From Patescibacteria group bacterium (lineage in GTDB: Bacteria; Patescibacteriota; Minisyncoccia; Phycocordibacterales; EsbW-18), in the NCBI GenBank assembly GCA_038064475.1, contig JBBTTA010000001.1, positions 111,086 to 175,085 on the forward strand: a DNA stretch of 64,000 bases. Reading direction: 5' to 3'. The position numbers were made by a program, and so were the translations under genes. The notes beneath the pieces were generated by a model. It did not search any database, was not told the origin of the DNA, and was given only the letters and a program-made list of their open reading frames with translations. Numbering within the stretch: the stretch's first letter is position 1; every line of letters begins with the position of its first letter. This document shows positions 16,401-25,457 of this stretch, piece by piece.

Positions 16401-18602
16401 ATGACAAAACTCGTCATCGTCGAGTCACCGGCGAAAGCAAAAACAATTGAAAAATATCTTGGCGAGGACTACGTTGTAAAAGCGAGCGTCGGTCACGTGC
16501 GCGATCTTCCAAAGAGCAACAAGAATGCAATTGATATCGAGAATGGTTTTACACCTAACTACGAAATCGTAGCCGCAAAACGCGCGGTGATTGATGAACT
16601 AAAAACAGCGGCGAAAAAAGCCGACCAAGTTATTCTTGCAACTGACCCCGACCGTGAAGGTGAAGCAATCGCATGGCACTTGGTGCAAGCGCTCGGCCTC
16701 CACAAAGCTGGTGCAAAAAAGAGTGGTGACGTACAGCGTGTTGTATTCCACGAAATCACAAAAGATGCCGTGCAAGAAGCGATGAAGCACCCACGCGCAA
16801 TTGATGAGAACCTCCGTCAAGCACAAGAAGCACGTCGAGTCTTGGACCGTCTCGTAGGATACGATCTCTCAGGACTTATTTGGAAAAAAGTTCGCTACGG
16901 TCTGTCGGCTGGCCGCGTGCAATCCCCCGCGCTTAGAATTCTCATGGAACGTGAGCGAGAAATTCGCGCATTTAAACCTGAAGACTACTGGATTCTCACT
17001 GCAGATACAAAAACAAAGTCAGGTGATGCGCTTGTGTTGACCGCAACCGAAGAACCTCGCGATCAAAAGCGTGTTGACACAATTATCTCTCTCGGAGAGA
17101 AAGCAGAGTGGCCAGTCACTGACATTAAAGAAACAACAGTTAATCGCCAACCAAAACCTCCGTTCACGACATCAACAATCCAGCAGGCAGCATCAACACG
17201 ACTCGGCTTCTCACCTTCACGCACGATGCGCGCGGCACAAAAACTCTATGAAAGTGGTCACATCACGTACATGCGTACTGACTCAACGACGCTTGCCGCT
17301 GTCGCCCAGAAACAAATTGTTTCTGTTATTGAATCTGAATATGGAAAAGAGTTTGCACGCCCAACAGCATACAAAAGCGCAAGTAAGAATGCACAGGAAG
17401 CCCACGAAGCTATTCGCCCAACTGATGTAGGGAAACAATCAGTAAAAAAAGGTGACGATGAAGATCGCCTCTACGAACTTATTTGGCGACGCACCGTAGC
17501 GAGCCAGATGGTGCCTGCACAGCTTTCGCAAACAAAAGTAGAAAGCATCCCCGATGCAAAAGATATGCCGGCGTTTACGGTCACAGGTTCACGCGTCATT
17601 TTTCCTGGTTGGTTAGCTGCTGATCCTGCATCTCGTGGTGAAGATGTCACGATTCCTCCAGTTGAGAAAGGTGAATTATTGAAATTGAAATCACTCACGG
17701 GAGATGCACGTCAAACACAGCCCCCAACACGCTACTCCGAAGCGGGTCTCATTAAAGAACTTGAGAAGCGTGGCATCGGTCGCCCTTCAACGTACGCCGC
17801 AATCATCAAAACAATTGAAGAGCGTGGGTATGTTTTGAAAGAAGGACGCACCTTGATGCCAACAGATACAGGAGATGTGGTGAGCACGTTCCTCGAAACA
17901 TATTTTGCTGATTACATCAGTGACTCATTTACGTCAGAAATGGAGGACGAGCTCGACGAAATCTCTCGTGGTGAACGTGATTATGCGAAAACATTGCAAG
18001 AATTTTATACACCATTTCAAAAAGAGCTCGCAAAGCGCTCAAAAGACGCAAAGAAAATCACTGACCTCGGTCCAGCGCCAAAAGAATTCCCCTGTCCGAA
18101 GTGTGGGAGTCCTATGGTCATGAAATTGGCGCGCAATGGAACGTTCATGAGCTGTTCTCGTTTTCCTGATTGTGATGGCGCTCGCGCACACGATGGTAAA
18201 GAAGTGACGCCACCTGAAGAATTGGGTAAAGATCCGGCATCAGGCGAATCTATTTTTGTACTTGAAGGACCCTACGGACCATACGTACAGATTGGTGTAA
18301 AAACCCCAAAAAATAAAAAACCTCGTCGCGCATCAATTCCAAAAGAGAAAGACCTTTCGACACTCACGATTGAAGAAGCCCTCAAGTATTTGAGCTTGCC
18401 GAGAGAACTTGGTGTACACCCAGAATCGGGCAAAGCAATCATAGCAAACATTGGACGCTTTGGTCCGTACATTGGACACGATGGTGATTTTCGATCACTC
18501 AAAACAGATGATGCGTATGCAATCACACTGAAACGCGCACTTGAGATATTAAAAGAGCCAAAGAAAGTCGGTCGCGGACGATTTGCCAAAAAGAAAAAGT
18601 AG
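16401..18602 (+). CDS. topA: DNA topoisomerase I
   Basis: The Toprim N-terminus reads LVIVESPAKAKTIEKYLG. The C-terminus has zinc-ribbon repeats such as CPKCGSPM. The start is set at MTKLVIVESP. Confidence 0.9.
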   Translation: MTKLVIVESPAKAKTIEKYLGEDYVVKASVGHVRDLPKSNKNAIDIENGFTPNYEIVAAKRAVIDELKTAAKKADQVILATDPDREGEAIAWHLVQALGLHKAGAKKSGDVQRVVFHEITKDAVQEAMKHPRAIDENLRQAQEARRVLDRLVGYDLSGLIWKKVRYGLSAGRVQSPALRILMEREREIRAFKPEDYWILTADTKTKSGDALVLTATEEPRDQKRVDTIISLGEKAEWPVTDIKETTVNRQPKPPFTTSTIQQAASTRLGFSPSRTMRAAQKLYESGHITYMRTDSTTLAAVAQKQIVSVIESEYGKEFARPTAYKSASKNAQEAHEAIRPTDVGKQSVKKGDDEDRLYELIWRRTVASQMVPAQLSQTKVESIPDAKDMPAFTVTGSRVIFPGWLAADPASRGEDVTIPPVEKGELLKLKSLTGDARQTQPPTRYSEAGLIKELEKRGIGRPSTYAAIIKTIEERGYVLKEGRTLMPTDTGDVVSTFLETYFADYISDSFTSEMEDELDEISRGERDYAKTLQEFYTPFQKELAKRSKDAKKITDLGPAPKEFPCPKCGSPMVMKLARNGTFMSCSRFPDCDGARAHDGKEVTPPEELGKDPASGESIFVLEGPYGPYVQIGVKTPKNKKPRRASIPKEKDLSTLTIEEALKYLSLPRELGVHPESGKAIIANIGRFGPYIGHDGDFRSLKTDDAYAITLKRALEILKEPKKVGRGRFAKKKK

Positions 18603-18608
18603 CAAGAT

Positions 18609-18639
18609 GGCCCCGCTGCGAAATGCAGCGGGGCCTTTT
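18609..18639. terminator. rho-independent terminator
   Basis: The hairpin ggccccgctgc-gaaat-gcagcggggcc is followed by tttt. Confidence 0.7.
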
Positions 18640-18745
18640 GATAGAGGTTAGCGAAAGTAGCCACGAAAGAAGAAATTTCTTACCGATTCCCGCGCCATGT
18701 TCTTGGCGAGACGGAAACGCGTGACTTGGTAGCGCCACCATCGCT

Positions 18746-19195
18746 TCATGCACCCTCCTCTACTGGAAAGAACCTATTGCCGATGCACCGCAATACGAAC
18801 AGTGTGTACCCCGAAATGAATCTGGATCGAAAGATGTGTGTGAGATCCTCGAATGTTTTCTGAGGATCTGTAGAATCCTTCACATATTCCTCGACTTTGA
18901 ATCGAATCTTACGGAGAAATCTTTGAGTAACCGCTGTCCCCTCAAAACGAAGGTATCCTTCGATGAGTTGCGAAACACTTGCGGTATCATTCTGATTAAA
19001 GAACCGATGCGATTCGATTTCAATCAACAGATCGATATCGATTCGCTCACCCAAATCACGCTCTTCTTGATTCTTCTCATAGTGGAGTTTGTCGAGGTCC
19101 TTCTCTTCCGAGAGATCCCGGCATCCCACATTAAGCGTCTTCGGAATCACGATGCCAGGAAGCGCTTCCTGCATCCGTTTCTGGTCGATAGACAT
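18746..19195 (-). CDS. hypothetical protein of about 150 aa
   Basis: The start is set at MSIDQKRMQ, with GGGGAG 7 nt upstream. This avoids overlapping the divergent rel gene. Confidence 0.45.
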   Translation of the reverse strand: MSIDQKRMQEALPGIVIPKTLNVGCRDLSEEKDLDKLHYEKNQEERDLGERIDIDLLIEIESHRFFNQNDTASVSQLIEGYLRFEGTAVTQRFLRKIRFKVEEYVKDSTDPQKTFEDLTHIFRSRFISGYTLFVLRCIGNRFFPVEEGA

Positions 19196-19284
19196 TCTGT
19201 ACTCCCCTTCCGAGATCAAATCTTTATGAACTCTACTCTTCGACCATGGATTGTCAATGAAGGCTTTTATGCCTATACTCAACC

Positions 19285-20766
19285 ATGACTCCTTCGCTCG
19301 AAATGCTTTTAAAGAGCCTTTCTCGAGCTTCCGCACAGGATCGAGACCTTGTTTCTCGCGCATGGAAATTCGCTGAGGAAGCCCATCACTCCCAAAAACG
19401 TGAGTCCGGAGAACCTTTCTTCACCCACGTTGCAAAAACCGCGGAGACGCTTGCGGCGCTTGGTGCCGACGCACCAACAATCGCCGCTGGACTCCTCCAC
19501 GACAGTATTGAAGACACAGGAAAAGATATTGAAGAAATCCGCGATACGTTTGGTCTCGAAGTTGCATTCCTTGTTGATGGTGTGACAAAACTTGGAAAGC
19601 TCAAATATCGTGGACTCAAACGTCACGTTGAATCATTGCGTAAACTTTTTATCGCAACCGCCGAAGACCCACGCGTCATTCTGATTAAGCTCGCCGATCG
19701 TCTGCATAATATGAAGACACTCTCGGCACTCCCTCAAGAAAAACGTATGCGTATCGCGCTTGAGACTTTGGAGATTTACGCGCCTATCGCGCATCGGCTC
19801 GGTATCGGAAAAGTAAAAGGAGAACTTGAGGATCTCGCCTTTCAAGCCGCATACCAAGAAGCATTCACAGAAACACGAAAGGCACGTGATGAAAAAGCAA
19901 AGCGCGCTGAAAGTGAGCTCAAAAAAATGGTTTTGAAGATTGGTACGATGCTTCGAGGCACCGGTGTAAAAGTACATACCCTCGATACACGCATCAAACA
20001 CCTGTACAGTCTCCACAAAAAACTACAAGAAAAAGGTAAAAACATTGAGAACGTCTACGACATTGCGGCATTGCGCATCATTGTGGAAACAGTTGAGGAG
20101 TGTTACCTCGTGCTTGGTTTAATTCACAGCGCATGGAAACCTTTACCTGGACGCATCAAAGACTACATCGCCGTTCCAAAACCAAACGGCTATCGCAGTT
20201 TACACACGAGTGTGTTCACGGGTACCGGTTCGGTCATTGAAATTCAAATTCGCACACAAGAAATGCACGATGTTGCTGAGCATGGTATTGCGTCACATGT
20301 GGCATACAAAGAAGACGGCTCGACAGACGGAAGTTTTGCGCTTGCACAAAATCTCATCAAAAGTCCCCTCCAAATAGCAGCCCAAGGCATTTCTCCACGC
20401 TGGATTAAAGACCTTGCTGAAACACACAAAGACGAACAGCAAGCACAATCATTTATAAAAAATCTCAAAACCGACTTCCTCGGCGATCGTATTTTCGTCT
20501 TCACACCAAAAGGCGAAGTCGTTGATCTCCCTTCAGATGCAACACCAATCGACTTTGCCTACTCAATTCACACCGATCTTGGACATCATGCTGCGGGAGC
20601 GCGCGTGAATGGAAAATATGTTGCGCTTGGCACCAAACTCAAGCACGGCGACATTGTTGAAATTGAAACAAAAGAGGCGAGTCACCCTTCTGCAAAATGG
20701 CTTACGTGGGTAAAAACAAGTTTTGCAAAGAAGAAAATACGTACTGCGCTTGAGCACAAAAAATAG
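19285..20766 (+). CDS. rel: bifunctional (p)ppGpp synthetase/hydrolase, short Rel/SpoT form with HD, synthetase and TGS domains
   Basis: The HD hydrolase motif is HDSIEDT. The synthetase motifs are YRSLHT and DxxALR. The C-terminus has a TGS-like GDIVEI region. The protein is 493 aa. Confidence 0.85.
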   Translation: MTPSLEMLLKSLSRASAQDRDLVSRAWKFAEEAHHSQKRESGEPFFTHVAKTAETLAALGADAPTIAAGLLHDSIEDTGKDIEEIRDTFGLEVAFLVDGVTKLGKLKYRGLKRHVESLRKLFIATAEDPRVILIKLADRLHNMKTLSALPQEKRMRIALETLEIYAPIAHRLGIGKVKGELEDLAFQAAYQEAFTETRKARDEKAKRAESELKKMVLKIGTMLRGTGVKVHTLDTRIKHLYSLHKKLQEKGKNIENVYDIAALRIIVETVEECYLVLGLIHSAWKPLPGRIKDYIAVPKPNGYRSLHTSVFTGTGSVIEIQIRTQEMHDVAEHGIASHVAYKEDGSTDGSFALAQNLIKSPLQIAAQGISPRWIKDLAETHKDEQQAQSFIKNLKTDFLGDRIFVFTPKGEVVDLPSDATPIDFAYSIHTDLGHHAAGARVNGKYVALGTKLKHGDIVEIETKEASHPSAKWLTWVKTSFAKKKIRTALEHKK

Positions 20767-20782
20767 AACATTTCTGAGGCCG

Positions 20783-20875
20783 CAGATACAAGGCGCGAGC
20801 GAGGATCGGACTGAGCAATAGTTATTTCTATTGTGAAGGAGAACCGGAGCTCGCAACGCAGTAGATGCGGATTTC
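20783..20875. repeat. about 91-nt structured intergenic repeat, copy 2
   Basis: It is roughly 85% identical to 1866..1956. Its stems are gcgagc/gctcgc and tcgg/ccgg, which are compensatory versus copy 1. It lies between the convergent rel and parB genes. Confidence 0.5.
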
Positions 20876-20885
20876 AGGAATGTTC

Positions 20886-21839
20886 TTAGACGCTGAAGTT
20901 GTTGATTGAGTATAGATCGTCGTCCGAGGGATCTTTCTTTGGGGTAGGTGGCTCACCTTCAGTTCCCTCTTGTGGCACTGTTGTATCTCTGGGTGCTTTT
21001 GTCGGAGCATTCTCCCCTTCTCCATTCAAAATACGGAGTACCTTACGCACGTCGTCTTCTGACATAACGTCAATTAAAATACGCCCACCGACAGCGCCCG
21101 GTTCAACGCGAACACGCGTGCCAAGTGTTTCTGATGCGCGCTCTTCAAGCTCCACAATATCTGGATCGTACATACGCTCTCGTTTGCGCACTTTATCAAA
21201 TGCAATACGACGAGAAATTTGTTCTGCGTCACGCACGTTAATTTTCTTCGCAATAATTTCTTTGAAAAGGGTACGTTGTTCTTCAGGACGATCAACAAGC
21301 ATAAGGAGTGGTCGTGTGTGACCTTCCGTAATCTGTCCTTCAGCGAGCGCTTGTTGCATCGCTTCGGGAAGCATGAGAATACGAAGTGTGTTTGAAACAT
21401 ATTCACGACTGCGGCCGATTTTCTTTGCGATATCCGTGTGTGAAAGACCAAATTGTCCTGCAAGTTGTTTAAATGCCTGCGCGCGTTCAACGGCATTGAT
21501 ATCTTCACGTTGAAGGTTCTCGATGATAGCAATCTCAAGTTTTACCTGTTCATTTTCTTGATCATCACGAATAATGACAGGGACTTGTGTTAGCCCAGCT
21601 ATTTTTGCCGCGCGTAAACGGCGTTCTCCGGCGATGAGCTCATATTCCATGCCCATACCACCGTTATCTCGAGAAACCTCACGCTGTGTCACCACAAGCG
21701 GTTGCAAGACACCATATTGACGAATTGAGTTCGCAAGATCCTTAAGACGCCCCTCATCAAAGTCGCGCCGTGGTTGATATGGATTCGGCACGATGCGATC
21801 CACTTCGACCCAAAAAATAGAATTACTCTGGTATGCCAT
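20886..21839 (-). CDS. parB: chromosome partitioning protein ParB/Spo0J
   Basis: It has the ParB box GERRLRAAK and the HTH GLSHTDIAKKIGRSREYVSNTLR. The start is set at MAYQSN. Confidence 0.85.
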   Translation of the reverse strand: MAYQSNSIFWVEVDRIVPNPYQPRRDFDEGRLKDLANSIRQYGVLQPLVVTQREVSRDNGGMGMEYELIAGERRLRAAKIAGLTQVPVIIRDDQENEQVKLEIAIIENLQREDINAVERAQAFKQLAGQFGLSHTDIAKKIGRSREYVSNTLRILMLPEAMQQALAEGQITEGHTRPLLMLVDRPEEQRTLFKEIIAKKINVRDAEQISRRIAFDKVRKRERMYDPDIVELEERASETLGTRVRVEPGAVGGRILIDVMSEDDVRKVLRILNGEGENAPTKAPRDTTVPQEGTEGEPPTPKKDPSDDDLYSINNFSV

Positions 21840-21935
21840 GTGTTCAGTGTAGCAAAATGAAACGCTCACGTCAGTGTGGAGATTCTGGGGATGTCTTATC
21901 GTACGAGCAGTTTTCTGCTAGAATCAATCCGAAAT

Positions 21936-22016
21936 GCCGGAGTGGCGGAATGGTATACGCGCACGACTCAAAATCGTGTCTCGAAAGGGATGAGGGTTCG
22001 AGTCCCTCCTCCGGCA
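21936..22016 (+). tRNA. tRNA-Leu (anticodon CAA), class II with a long variable arm
   Basis: A cloverleaf can be drawn: acceptor GCCGGAG/CTCCGGC, anticodon loop CTCAAAA, variable arm TCTCGAAAGGGAT and T-arm GAGGG-TTCGAGT-CCCTC. Confidence 0.9.
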
Positions 22017-22027
22017 CAAAGACAGTT

Positions 22028-22063
22028 GAGGCGGACGCATAGCGTCCGCCGATTACTGATTTT
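22028..22063 (+). terminator. terminator after tRNA-Leu(CAA)
   Basis: The hairpin gcggacgc-ata-gcgtccgc is followed by gattactgatttt. Confidence 0.6.
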
Positions 22064-22064
22064 C

Positions 22065-22187
22065 GCCGGAGGAGGGACTCGAAGGCGAATGCGGGCACCT
22101 TGTCAGCAGACAAGGTCGCATGAGCAGGGCCGAGCGGAGTAAGGAGCGACGGCGACGAACGAGCGCTTGGCCGAGTCCCGACGACTC
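22065..22187. repeat. tRNA-Leu 3'-flank structured element, copy 1 of 3
   Basis: It starts with gccggaggagggactcgaa, the exact reverse complement of this tRNA's T-arm and acceptor 3' half. A conserved GC-rich core follows (cgaatgcgggcaccttgtcagcagacaaggtcgcatgagcagg...gagcgacggcgacgaa). It ends with cgagtccc, which pairs with gggactcg in the first segment. Confidence 0.5.
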
Positions 22188-22201
22188 TTACCTACACCTT
22201 T

Positions 22202-23095
22202 ATGAAACCAAAAATCCTCGTCATCCTAGGGCCTACAGCTACGGGCAAAAGTGATATTGCGGTCCACCTTGCGAAAAAATTCGATGGGGAAGTCGTGTCC
22301 GCTGATTCACGGCAGGTATATCGCGGACTTGATATTGGCAGTGGAAAAATAACAAAGCATGAGATGAAGGGCGTTACGCATCACATGCTTAATGTAGTGA
22401 GCCCAAAAAATACATACACTGCAGCTCGTTTTGCATATGACGCGAATCGTATAGTAGAAAAAATCCTTTCAAAGAAAAAGTTGCCGATTATTGTTGGCGG
22501 CACAGGCATGTATATTGATGCACTTGTTGATGGTGTTATGTTTCCAGAAGTTCCTCCCAATCCCCTCCTTCGTAAAAAATTTGAAAAGAAATCCACCGAA
22601 GACCTTTTCCGTCTTCTTAAGAAAAAAGATTCTGTCCGTGCCAAAACAATAGACAAACATAATCGTCGTCGACTTATTCGCGCACTTGAAATTGTTGCTC
22701 TACTCGGAAAAGTCCCCTCTCAAAAAAAGAAAAGTATTTTTACACCACTCCATATTGGATTATTACTTTCTGATAAGGAACTCCGCGCAAGAATCCACAC
22801 TCGCCTACTCGCCCGAATGAAAAAAGGAATGGCAAGGGAAGTCGCACACCTCAAAAAAAGTGGTGTCTCGTGGAAACGTTTCGCAGAACTCGGACTTGAG
22901 TATCGCTATGTCGCACTGTATCTCCAGAAAAAGATTTCAAAACAGGGGATGTTGGTGAAGCTTGAAACAGAAATCTGGCGCTATGCGAAACGACAAATGA
23001 CGTGGTTTACACCAAATAAAAAAATCAATTGGTTCCGTCCGACGAAAGATGCGCGAAACATTGAAAAAAAAGTGAAACAGTTCCTCACCACATAA
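22202..23095 (+). CDS. miaA: tRNA dimethylallyltransferase
   Basis: The P-loop is GPTATGKS and the SADSRQVYRGLDIGSGK motif is present. Confidence 0.9.
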   Translation: MKPKILVILGPTATGKSDIAVHLAKKFDGEVVSADSRQVYRGLDIGSGKITKHEMKGVTHHMLNVVSPKNTYTAARFAYDANRIVEKILSKKKLPIIVGGTGMYIDALVDGVMFPEVPPNPLLRKKFEKKSTEDLFRLLKKKDSVRAKTIDKHNRRRLIRALEIVALLGKVPSQKKKSIFTPLHIGLLLSDKELRARIHTRLLARMKKGMAREVAHLKKSGVSWKRFAELGLEYRYVALYLQKKISKQGMLVKLETEIWRYAKRQMTWFTPNKKINWFRPTKDARNIEKKVKQFLTT

Positions 23096-23315
23096 TCTTC
23101 GTGGTATAAATGTTCCACTGGTGGGGTGGCCCTCCTTCGCATAAAGCTACGGAGGGTAAACGTCGCAGAATAAATGTAATCTTGTTCCCGATTTACACAA
23201 GAGCGAAGCGATTGTATTCTAAATCGCAATCCCTTTCTTGGCGGTATTCATTGTACAAAATTCGAACCTTTTTTGAAACCAATCCCGACGAGGAATGAAT
23301 CGCCCCGCCTCCGCA

Positions 23316-23732
23316 CTATTTATTTTCCTTTTTAGTCTGAGAGCGTTTCTCGTACGCTTTCCAACCAAGTAGCAAAAGAATGATAAGAACAACAAGAGCG
23401 CCTGCCAGAGCCCATGTCATCGGAGCCTTTTCTGCGAGATACGGAACAACATGATTTGAAACCAATAAAAGACCTGTCAGTCCAAAAATAATATCTAAAA
23501 TTCTATTCTCGATGACTTCATGAATATCAAAAAAGTACTCAATTGCTTCCCATGTCACCATACCGAAAAATGCTATACCGATAAGAAGATTTCGAGGCGC
23601 ATCAATAAAAGGCATGATAAATGCCATAACAACACCAGACCAAAAATGGACGATCATCCACAAATCCCAATATTTTCCTTCAGAAAAACTCCACGAAACA
23701 GATGGTGTACGAAGTCGGTGTTCAAGGTTCAT
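23316..23732 (-). CDS. hypothetical polytopic membrane protein
   Basis: 138 aa with several hydrophobic helices. Confidence 0.45.
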   Translation of the reverse strand: MNLEHRLRTPSVSWSFSEGKYWDLWMIVHFWSGVVMAFIMPFIDAPRNLLIGIAFFGMVTWEAIEYFFDIHEVIENRILDIIFGLTGLLLVSNHVVPYLAEKAPMTWALAGALVVLIILLLLGWKAYEKRSQTKKENK

Positions 23733-23736
23733 ATAT

Positions 23737-24633
23737 CTATACTACCTCGACATCTCGTAATGCAGCAATGCGTTCCTCAACTGGAGGATGCGTCATAAAG
23801 AGTTTTGTTAAAAACCCTCGACCGCTTTTTGCTCCAAATGGGTTTGCAATAAAGAGATGCGCCGTCGCGTGATTTGCGGCACGCATCGTGCCACTGTGCG
23901 TTGCAATTTTTTCGAGCGCTGACGCAAGACCTTCGGGATACCGCGTCAAAAGTGCACCTGACGCATCGGCCAAAAATTCTCGTTTACGAGAAATAGCAAG
24001 TTGCATGAGTGTTGCGGCAATTGGTGAGAGAATTGCAAGCACAATACCGATGAGCATCACGATGGCCCCCGCACGATTATCTCTATTACCTCCTCCAAAC
24101 ATACGTGAGCGAAGAAAAAAATCTGAAAGGAGGGTAATACAACCCACGAGCACAACGACAACGGTTGAGAGCAAAATATCGCGATTTCCAATATGTGAAA
24201 GTTCGTGCGCAATAACCCCTTCAAGTTCAGTGCGTGACAACACTGCCAAAAGTCCCGTCGTCACTGCAACGGTCGCATGCTCTTTATTACGCCCCGTGGC
24301 AAACGCATTGGGCACAGGATCATCAATCACGTAGAGCTTCGGCATAGGAAGCCCTGCAGTGATAGAAAGATTTTCAGTCACCGTATAGAGATCAAAAAAT
24401 TCTTCGCGCGAGGCTGGACGAGCGCGTGACACTGACAAAGCGATTTTGTCAGACCACCAATAGCTCGCAATATTCATGATGATGCTCACCACCACTGCTC
24501 CGTAGAGAATTTCTGGCGCACCATATGCTGCACTCACTCCCCACCCAATAAGAATAATTGCGACAAAGAAAAGCGACATCAAGACCCACGTCTTGAATAC
24601 GTTTGTGTCTTTGTGTGTGTAGAGACTTGCCAT
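23737..24633 (-). CDS. htpX: zinc metalloprotease HtpX-like (peptidase M48)
   Basis: It has the HELSHIGNRD HExxH motif and TM helices. The start is set at MASLYTHKD. Confidence 0.8.
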   Translation of the reverse strand: MASLYTHKDTNVFKTWVLMSLFFVAIILIGWGVSAAYGAPEILYGAVVVSIIMNIASYWWSDKIALSVSRARPASREEFFDLYTVTENLSITAGLPMPKLYVIDDPVPNAFATGRNKEHATVAVTTGLLAVLSRTELEGVIAHELSHIGNRDILLSTVVVVLVGCITLLSDFFLRSRMFGGGNRDNRAGAIVMLIGIVLAILSPIAATLMQLAISRKREFLADASGALLTRYPEGLASALEKIATHSGTMRAANHATAHLFIANPFGAKSGRGFLTKLFMTHPPVEERIAALRDVEVV

Positions 24634-24819
24634 ATTAGTGACCGACGTACATGAGTTCACGCATTTCTTCACTCATCAATCCTGAATTTCTATCAATCTC
24701 TTCAATCGCACGTACACTTTTCCATCCCACGAATAAAAACAAGATGAGGAACGCAAGAATGACATACCAGATGTTCCCCATCGGCCGTGTGCTTGATGCG
24801 TGGAATCCTGACATGCGTG

Positions 24820-25374
24820 TTAGTTAAACGCTACTTTCACCGGCTCACGTTGTTCGCTTCCCTCCTCAAGTTCAAAGAAATCACGTTGCTTCACATCAAA
24901 CATGCCGACAATGAGGTTGTTTGGAAATGTACGAATTGCAGTATTGAGATCGCGAACGTTTGTGTTGTAAAAGCGACGTGCTGCTTGAATTTTATTTTCT
25001 GTGTCCGAAAGTTCGCGCTGTAATTCAAGAAAGTTTTGATTCGCTTTGAGATCAGGGTAGGCTTCGGCAATTGCAAAGAGGGATTTGAGAGCTCCCGTGA
25101 GCATATTTTCTGCTTGTGCATGTTCCGCCACTGTTTGTGCACCGAGTGCCTGCGCGCGTGCCTTGGTGACATTTTCAAATGCCTCGCGTTCGTGCGTCGC
25201 ATATCCTTTAACCGTTTCAACCAAATTAGGAATGAGATCGTAGCGGCGCTTCAACTGCACATCAATATCTGCCCATGCCTCGTCCGCACGAACGCCCAAA
25301 CGTACAAATTTGTTGTACGTGAGCATGAGCCAGAGGGCGATGACGACAATAATGCCGACAAGAATATACAGCAT
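24820..25374 (-). CDS. lemA: LemA family protein
   Basis: 184 aa with an N-terminal TM helix and NKFVRLGVRADEAWADIDVQLKRRYDLIPNLVETVKGYATHE, which is the LemA signature. Confidence 0.8.
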   Translation of the reverse strand: MLYILVGIIVVIALWLMLTYNKFVRLGVRADEAWADIDVQLKRRYDLIPNLVETVKGYATHEREAFENVTKARAQALGAQTVAEHAQAENMLTGALKSLFAIAEAYPDLKANQNFLELQRELSDTENKIQAARRFYNTNVRDLNTAIRTFPNNLIVGMFDVKQRDFFELEEGSEQREPVKVAFN

Positions 25375-25457
25375 GGTTAGTGTTTAGACTTATAGATTGT
25401 TTAGTATACCACGAGGGCATGGGGTCAGACCCCCCTAGTCTGGGGTCTCCATTGTTT

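Noticed and set aside
24676-24813. 34-45-aa hydrophobic minus-strand ORF between lemA and htpX
   Set aside because: It could be a small membrane peptide coupled to htpX, but it is too short to support and has no SD. I left it unannotated.
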